DNA of 62,390 nt, the filler included, from Platydemus manokwari (Eukaryota), in NCBI GenBank assembly GCA_037951405.1. It is 6 parts of 6 records of this genome, joined end to end, with 100 filler letters (N's around TTAATTAATTAA, not from the genome) between each part and the next. Parts side by side here need not be neighbours in the genome. Positions count along the whole stretch, not along the records: positions 53,203 to 62,390 come from JBBMOY011286095.1; 5 more parts are not named here. One strand, given 5' to 3'. Both the position numbers and the translations under genes were made by a program. The notes under the pieces are model-generated. The model searched no databases. It saw only the letters and a program-made list of their open reading frames with translations, and was not told the origin of the DNA. This document shows positions 56,201-62,390 of this stretch, in pieces. The first letter of the stretch is position 1. Each line of letters starts with the position of its first letter.

Positions 56201-59200
56201 CACGATTATTTTTACGCTAATTAATTTTTCTGTTTAGTAAAACAATTTCCTCCGATGTACTTAGATAAACTAATTCATTGATTTTCTTAACGAAAATAGT
56301 ATTTTTAATTAAAATGTTTTTTATAGTTCCCATGGAAATGTTTTTGATTTCCTTTTAAATGTAAAAACAATGTCGATAAACAAATTGTTATTTTTAATAT
56401 GATTCTTACCAATAATCAGATATTGTCTAGCAATCCAAACAGTTGTGACCATTTTCTTAAAAAATTCTGATAATAAATCGAGAATTTATTTTGAATTTAT
56501 TGATAATGAATTTCTTTTTATATGTAATTTATGTTGTGAGTGAAAATGATATCAATTACTAGTATGATTGATCTAATATTTAAAAGTCTCTCATAAAGAA
56601 ATAAATCTAAAAACTAAATATATTAAAAATAAAATGATAAATATAAAAGTGGTTTGTTTGAAAATATTAATTTCATTAAATATTAAACAAAAAGTACAAA
56701 TATTTTTTCAAAAACCAAAGTTGAATTGATTAACTGGATGACAGGTCTGATTAACACTGATGTCAAAAATCGAACAAATGTCCATAATAACCACAGAAAT
56801 GCCATAGCAATAACAGTGCTATCTTATAAAATGATTTAAATGCTAAATATATTTTTTTTCCAAAAACCAACAAAACAAAATCCACAGTCAAGTAAAATTA
56901 TGCCACACACAGTTCTAAGATTCAAAGTTCAAGGGTCAAAGACATATCACAATAAAAATGGGATCATCATCCAAAAAATAAAAAGATTTAATTTATAAAG
57001 AAATTGATAATTTTTGTCAAAAGCCAACTCGTTTCATAATCTTAATTTACGTGTGCTGGTGAATATCTTGCAAAATAAATATCTTGTATATAAATTTCTA
57101 CTTGTTAAAACTTCCTCGATCTTACTTAAGGATTTTGATTTCCAAAAATTCGATTTTTTTCAATGTCATTTAGTTGTCTGAACTTTCGTTAGATATTGTT
57201 GCTATGCATTGATCGAAATTTGAACACTGATCAAAGTGTTTCGATTTGGTTAAATCGAATTATTTATCGAAATAGTGTGTGCTAAACTATTGTGTTCACA
57301 TTTTTACATGCTCGTTCAAGGATTATTTGATCGTCATTTTGAATCATTTCCCATAGGCTTCACAACAGAAATTACCTTGGTCCAGAAAATACATTTGAAC
57401 CAATTAGAAAATAGAAAATAAGCCAAATCTAAAATCAAATACAGACAATTAATTCAGGCCAAAAACTGGCATTTAAATTTCCTCAAAATTTGAATAAAAC
57501 AAAATCAGGACGACAGGAAATTGACATTTAAACTTGTGCAAAGGCTTCCATACAGATACTAGACGCTTGGAAACTTCACAAAGCGAATCTATTGCGCCTT
57601 TTGATTATTGATGTGTTTATTTATAACAGTTGAAAATAATGATAATATTTCATTATATTATTTCCAATTTATATTGTATAAATATCACACTGATAACCAA
57701 ACGCATTTCATAAACACCAGTAAAATAAGCAAAACATTTTATCTGAAACCAATTTATATTCTTTTGTTGGAATGTCTCCGAATAATTGACTAATCGTCGA
57801 ATCCCATAAACTAGAAGGCCGACCCTATTCTGAACTGCATAATATTTAATACAACTTATAAAATAAATACACTCAATATACTTCTCAAAATATTAGCAAA
57901 ACTGGCTATTTTTATATCGATATTTATATTCGAAATATGTGTGCAATTTTTTGTGTCATGCTGTACGCTTATTTTGATTAGATCTTTGCGTTTCCATGTT
58001 TCTATCGAGCTTTTAAGTTTTTATATGAGTGGGATTGGTCAATCCCGAATTTCTGTGTTGCTGTGTGGCTATACCCTTTTTCCAATTGTCTTTTACTATC
58101 TAACTTCGTTGTGATTGATTGGTTGCTATGCTTGTATGGTTGTGTAGGCATGTTAATATTTAATGTACTCAAACAAGAGTTTGAAGATGCAAATCCGTTT
58201 ATCTTTTTCAGAATTTCATCTCACTCAACACTTTATTGATCTGTTGTTATTGTCATTTCAATTCATTACATTCATTCTGTCAGCAAAGCAATGCTTATTC
58301 ATCACAACTTTAACAAATCTATAAAATATCAACAATGTTCACCAATTAGCGAGATTATCGGTTTTATAAATTAGAATTCGAATTCAAAATTAGATTGAAT
58401 CCTTTTGTCTTAGACCCATTTTCTTTATTCATTATTTATACTGTTTTGTTTAAATTCACTTAACGGTCGAGAATGTTTTCCATTGCTTAACCATGTTATT
58501 TAAATTTGGATTATTATTGAACTTGGCTAGGAGATGGATCCTAGTAACCCGCGATATTTGAAGCCATTCCAATGTACTTCATCTATTTATGAAAAAGCTA
58601 GAAAATTAATTTTAACGTTTTTCTTCAAAAATTATAAAAATAATTTCATTTCTCTTCGTAATTCAAAGGAGTATTCTGGAAATAAAAGGAAAGTTTTTTT
58701 TAAACAAAAATATTTAGCACACAACCATTTGAAAATTAATATTTAATGTGAACAAAACATAGAAATAACTCGAACAGTACAACGAATTTTTGATGAATCA
58801 ATTGATTTCTAATAATTTGATTGGTAAAATATTGTTTTCAATTTTCAAATTCAACTATAAAGTAATCTAAGAAATCAATTATAAAATAATTGATTCATTA
58901 AAAAATTGAGTCGATGAAAATTTTCATTAAATTTCGACGACAACTTTTATAATTTTTATGTCAGTCGTATTCATGAAGTTAATTATTAAATTTAAACGCA
59001 ATTATGATGGAATTGAAAGTTTGTTGTCGTTTACATTGAGTTTCGGCTGAAAAAAAATTCCGATCACAATATGACAGGCATTCAGAACCCGACCAGTAGT
59101 TGAGAAATTGGTGTTTCGAATTATTATTTAATTTATTATATTGATTAATAAAGAAAATTTAATTGGTGTTCAACAAATGTGTTATCTTTTTGAATGGGAA

Positions 59201-59869
59201 TTGAAAACCAAATTTACAGATTTTTTCAATCGTTTTATTCTCCATTTATCACATAATTACTTCTCTAAAGTATAATGTGTTGATCGATTTAGTTAGTCTA
59301 GATATTTGATAACCAAATTAGCAATCCCTAAACTACTACTTTCCATGTCGTAAAATTATAAGTTATGTCTTGAATAAAATTAATTTCCTAAAATTGTTAA
59401 TCGAATATCCTCAGGGTTTTGTTTTTTCCATAATTTTCGATATATCATTTACCATCAAAGGGATATATTATTCCTTTTTTCTTGTTCATAAAATACGTTT
59501 GATTTTTATCAATGCCAGTCTTCTCTTTTTTTAATTTATATTTTCATTATTATAAATTATAATTCTAAACATTTTATATTTACATTTTTAAAAATTATTA
59601 TTTTATTCATTTCTTTTAACCTTATAAATTCACTTGGCGTGATAAAATTTTGATTTAATAAAATCACCATTTTATAACTTTATCTGGTTTGTCGACACGT
59701 GAAATCTTCTATTTTTAACATTACTTCACTATTACTTTCATTGCCATCTAATATAAATTACTTAAACCCCCTTGATTGAGACATTTATATTGCAAAAATA
59801 TTTCCTGTAAGTGTTTTTAATTATTTGCATGTTATTTTAAAAAATTTTTATTATTTACTATCTCAATGC

Positions 59870-60707
59870 TTTTATGACGTAGTTGGCATATCTCGCCAAT
59901 ATCTTTCATGAACTAAACCTCTTAGCATGCATGAAAGGAACGAAAACATCTTGTTTTCTACTAATAAAATAAATGCTTTTCGAAAGGAATTGACAATATG
60001 AAAGAAACACATAGTTGCAGGAAATTTTGGAATTTTTCCAAGTATTTTTAAAAGGAATTGTCAAGAAATTAGGTTACTGATTTTAAACCATTTGAATACT
60101 ATGTTAACAAATTTTGACAAGTATTTTCCATCGATATCTGTTGACCGTATGACTGTATTAGAAACCCATTTGTAGAATTTGAGCTATCTAAAGAACAGTT
60201 TACATTAACTGAAGAAGAAGTTGACAGTGTTTTAAATGATAAAGCATTAAAGTTGAAGCATTTTGAGCTTAACCTGAATGCAAATTTGGTTACCGGTTGA
60301 AAAGAAATATCCTGCAATTGCCCAGATATCGCTACGATTTCTTGTGCAATTTTCAACCTCATATTTATGTGAATTTCGGATTTTCAGCTCTGACAATAAT
60401 CAAACACAAGAACAAACATAATTGCTGTCTGTGGAAGATGAACTTCGTGTGTGCCTGTCAAAAACATGACCGAATCTTAAAGAGTTGTACAAAAACATCA
60501 GGCTCAAATTTCCCACTGAGTTTTTGATAAGAATAAATTTAGTCTATTCAAACATATACAATTTTGTTTTCATTTCATCAACAAACATGTACAATACTCT
60601 GAACATAAATACTTTTAATTCATTTTAAAAAATAAATGCTGTTTTCTGCATAAAACAATTAAATTATTGCACAGTGGTTCCTCGAGCAAAAATGTTGAAA
60701 ACCACTG
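59870..60707 (+). mobile_element. hAT Buster/Charlie transposon 3' relic (dimerisation domain plus right TIR)
   Basis: Frameshifted LAYLANIFHELN, FDKYFP, IRNPF, STSYLCEFGFSALTIIK and SVEDELRVCLS. Terminal GTTGAAAACCACTG ends at 60707. Confidence 0.88.
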
Positions 60708-62390
60708 GTGTAGTAGATTATACCTTTAACACTGAAATGACTAAAAAGTTCAAATTTTCAATATTATTTTTCAACAATCAATAAAATATTAAATTCAAAA
60801 TCATTTTGATTCTTAAATTTTTTATTCTTTCTAAAGTAATTGGAAATTCAATCTTATCATTTTTATATGATTTAAATTTTTTCTAATCAATTGTGATTAT
60901 TTTTTCCTATTATTTAAATATAAATAAGTTACAACAGACCATATAAAGCATTTTTAATATTCAGAACACCTTTTTTATAAATATATCATCAACTATTTAT
61001 TGGTAATTTCTTATATTTATTTCCAGACTTTCAATATTTTGCAAATACCAAGTTACACTCAATTGATTCTTGTTCTTTAAAGAAATATTTTAGAAAATAT
61101 TAATGAATAAGAATATTTATTTCATCTAATTAAAATACTTGTGTTTATTTAAAATGTTATTTTCTTTTACATATATTTAATATTTATTTTAATCTTTAAT
61201 TTAAATTTGAGATTTATTATTGAAATATTCTTTCTAAATATCATCAATTTATATTTTTCAAGTATAAATCAAATTTTATTAATTATTTTTTTAATTTAAT
61301 TGTGATACTTATTAATATTTTCCTCGTTAGCAAAAAATTATTAAAAAGAAATCTTATTGGCATAAAACATGATAAATAAGCTAGTAATCTCCATGATTAT
61401 CTTGCGACATATTCTCCTAATATTGATATTATAACGATGATTTTAATTTATCTCAACTGCATTCTAAATTTGTATTTAACAACTCAGAATTAATATTTTC
61501 AATTGTCTATTCGTAATTTTGTAAATGTTCTCCTGATTTTCAATGATTATTATTTCCATTTCTAATTCCATTGAATTTATGAATTTTATCTCAGTTATTT
61601 TGTACATATTTTTATGATCATTTTTATAATAAAAATCTCTTTCATTATGATGTCTTATTTTATTTCCCTATTTAATATTGTCATAGCTTTTTAATTTTTA
61701 AAATTTACTGTTTTATTTTTATGAAGTTCCTTAAATGATTATCTTAAAATGATTTAGCTCCAAATTAGGCCATATAAAATCACCAATTTCTATCATATAT
61801 TCTGCAACATTGGCTTTACACATTTATCTTACTTCACGTGTATTAATGTCTAACAAGCTCCAAATATATTTCTTTGAACTGTATAGGATACTTGTCTCAC
61901 TGTTTTGAAACAAATATTTTCTCTTCCTTCGGATGTGCGGCACATAGATTTAAATATTTGATATTTTAATGTTACAGAATTATATTAATGCTATTAATAA
62001 ATTTTAAAACTTTTGAATGAAAACAAAGATAGTAAAACATTAATAATTTTTTCAATAAAATTATGGTACCGGAATTCCTTCAAATTTGACTTATTTAAGT
62101 GGTAGAGATGAAATAAATAATTTAACTACAGCTTTTTGGATTTCAGTAGAATTGTATTATAAATATTCCAATATTATAAATAATTATTTTATTAAATAAT
62201 TTGAAAATAAACATAAAAATAATAATAATAAATTATTGATTGAAAAATGAAAGAAATAAAAATAGAAAATATTTATTTAATTCCGTAGAATAATTCTTAG
62301 ATTTCAGGAAATTATAATTATAAATATGAATTTATGAGTTCAGAAAATAACTCTCTAAATAATGAAAAGGAATTCTTGAATCAATTGTAA

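Noticed and set aside
1-62390. CRISPR arrays, rRNA or tRNA genes, prokaryotic operons; remaining short F/I/L/K/N-rich ORFs
   Set aside because: None recognised by eye. The DNA is intron-containing eukaryotic sequence, and short ORFs are expected by chance at this AT content.

Overview
Very AT-rich eukaryotic (animal) genomic DNA with many short 45-60 nt introns. A planarian or other flatworm origin is my inference, not proven. The window is six segments joined by an artificial 100-nt spacer (N44-TTAATTAATTAA-N44), so synteny across spacers cannot be trusted. Genes reconstructed by hand: the last exon of a K-Cl cotransporter (SLC12A4-7 type); 12 exons (754 aa) covering only the C-terminal part of virilizer/VIRMA; the last 3 exons of a copper P1B-ATPase (ATP7), ending only ~650 bp upstream of the VIRMA fragment on the same strand; two exons of an activin/BMP type II receptor ectodomain; a 3-exon orphan SAM-dependent methyltransferase; and a compact ZMIZ/PIAS-like SP-RING gene. 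Much of the rest is decayed transposons (Gypsy, Penelope-like, mariner, hAT, MITEs). Two leads stand out. (1) A retroelement relic with a chuvirus/gB-like fusion glycoprotein directly UPSTREAM of a retropepsin (env-PR order). (2) An ATP7 to VIRMA-C arrangement that could be a split gene in a trans-spliced operon, or interleaved genes.
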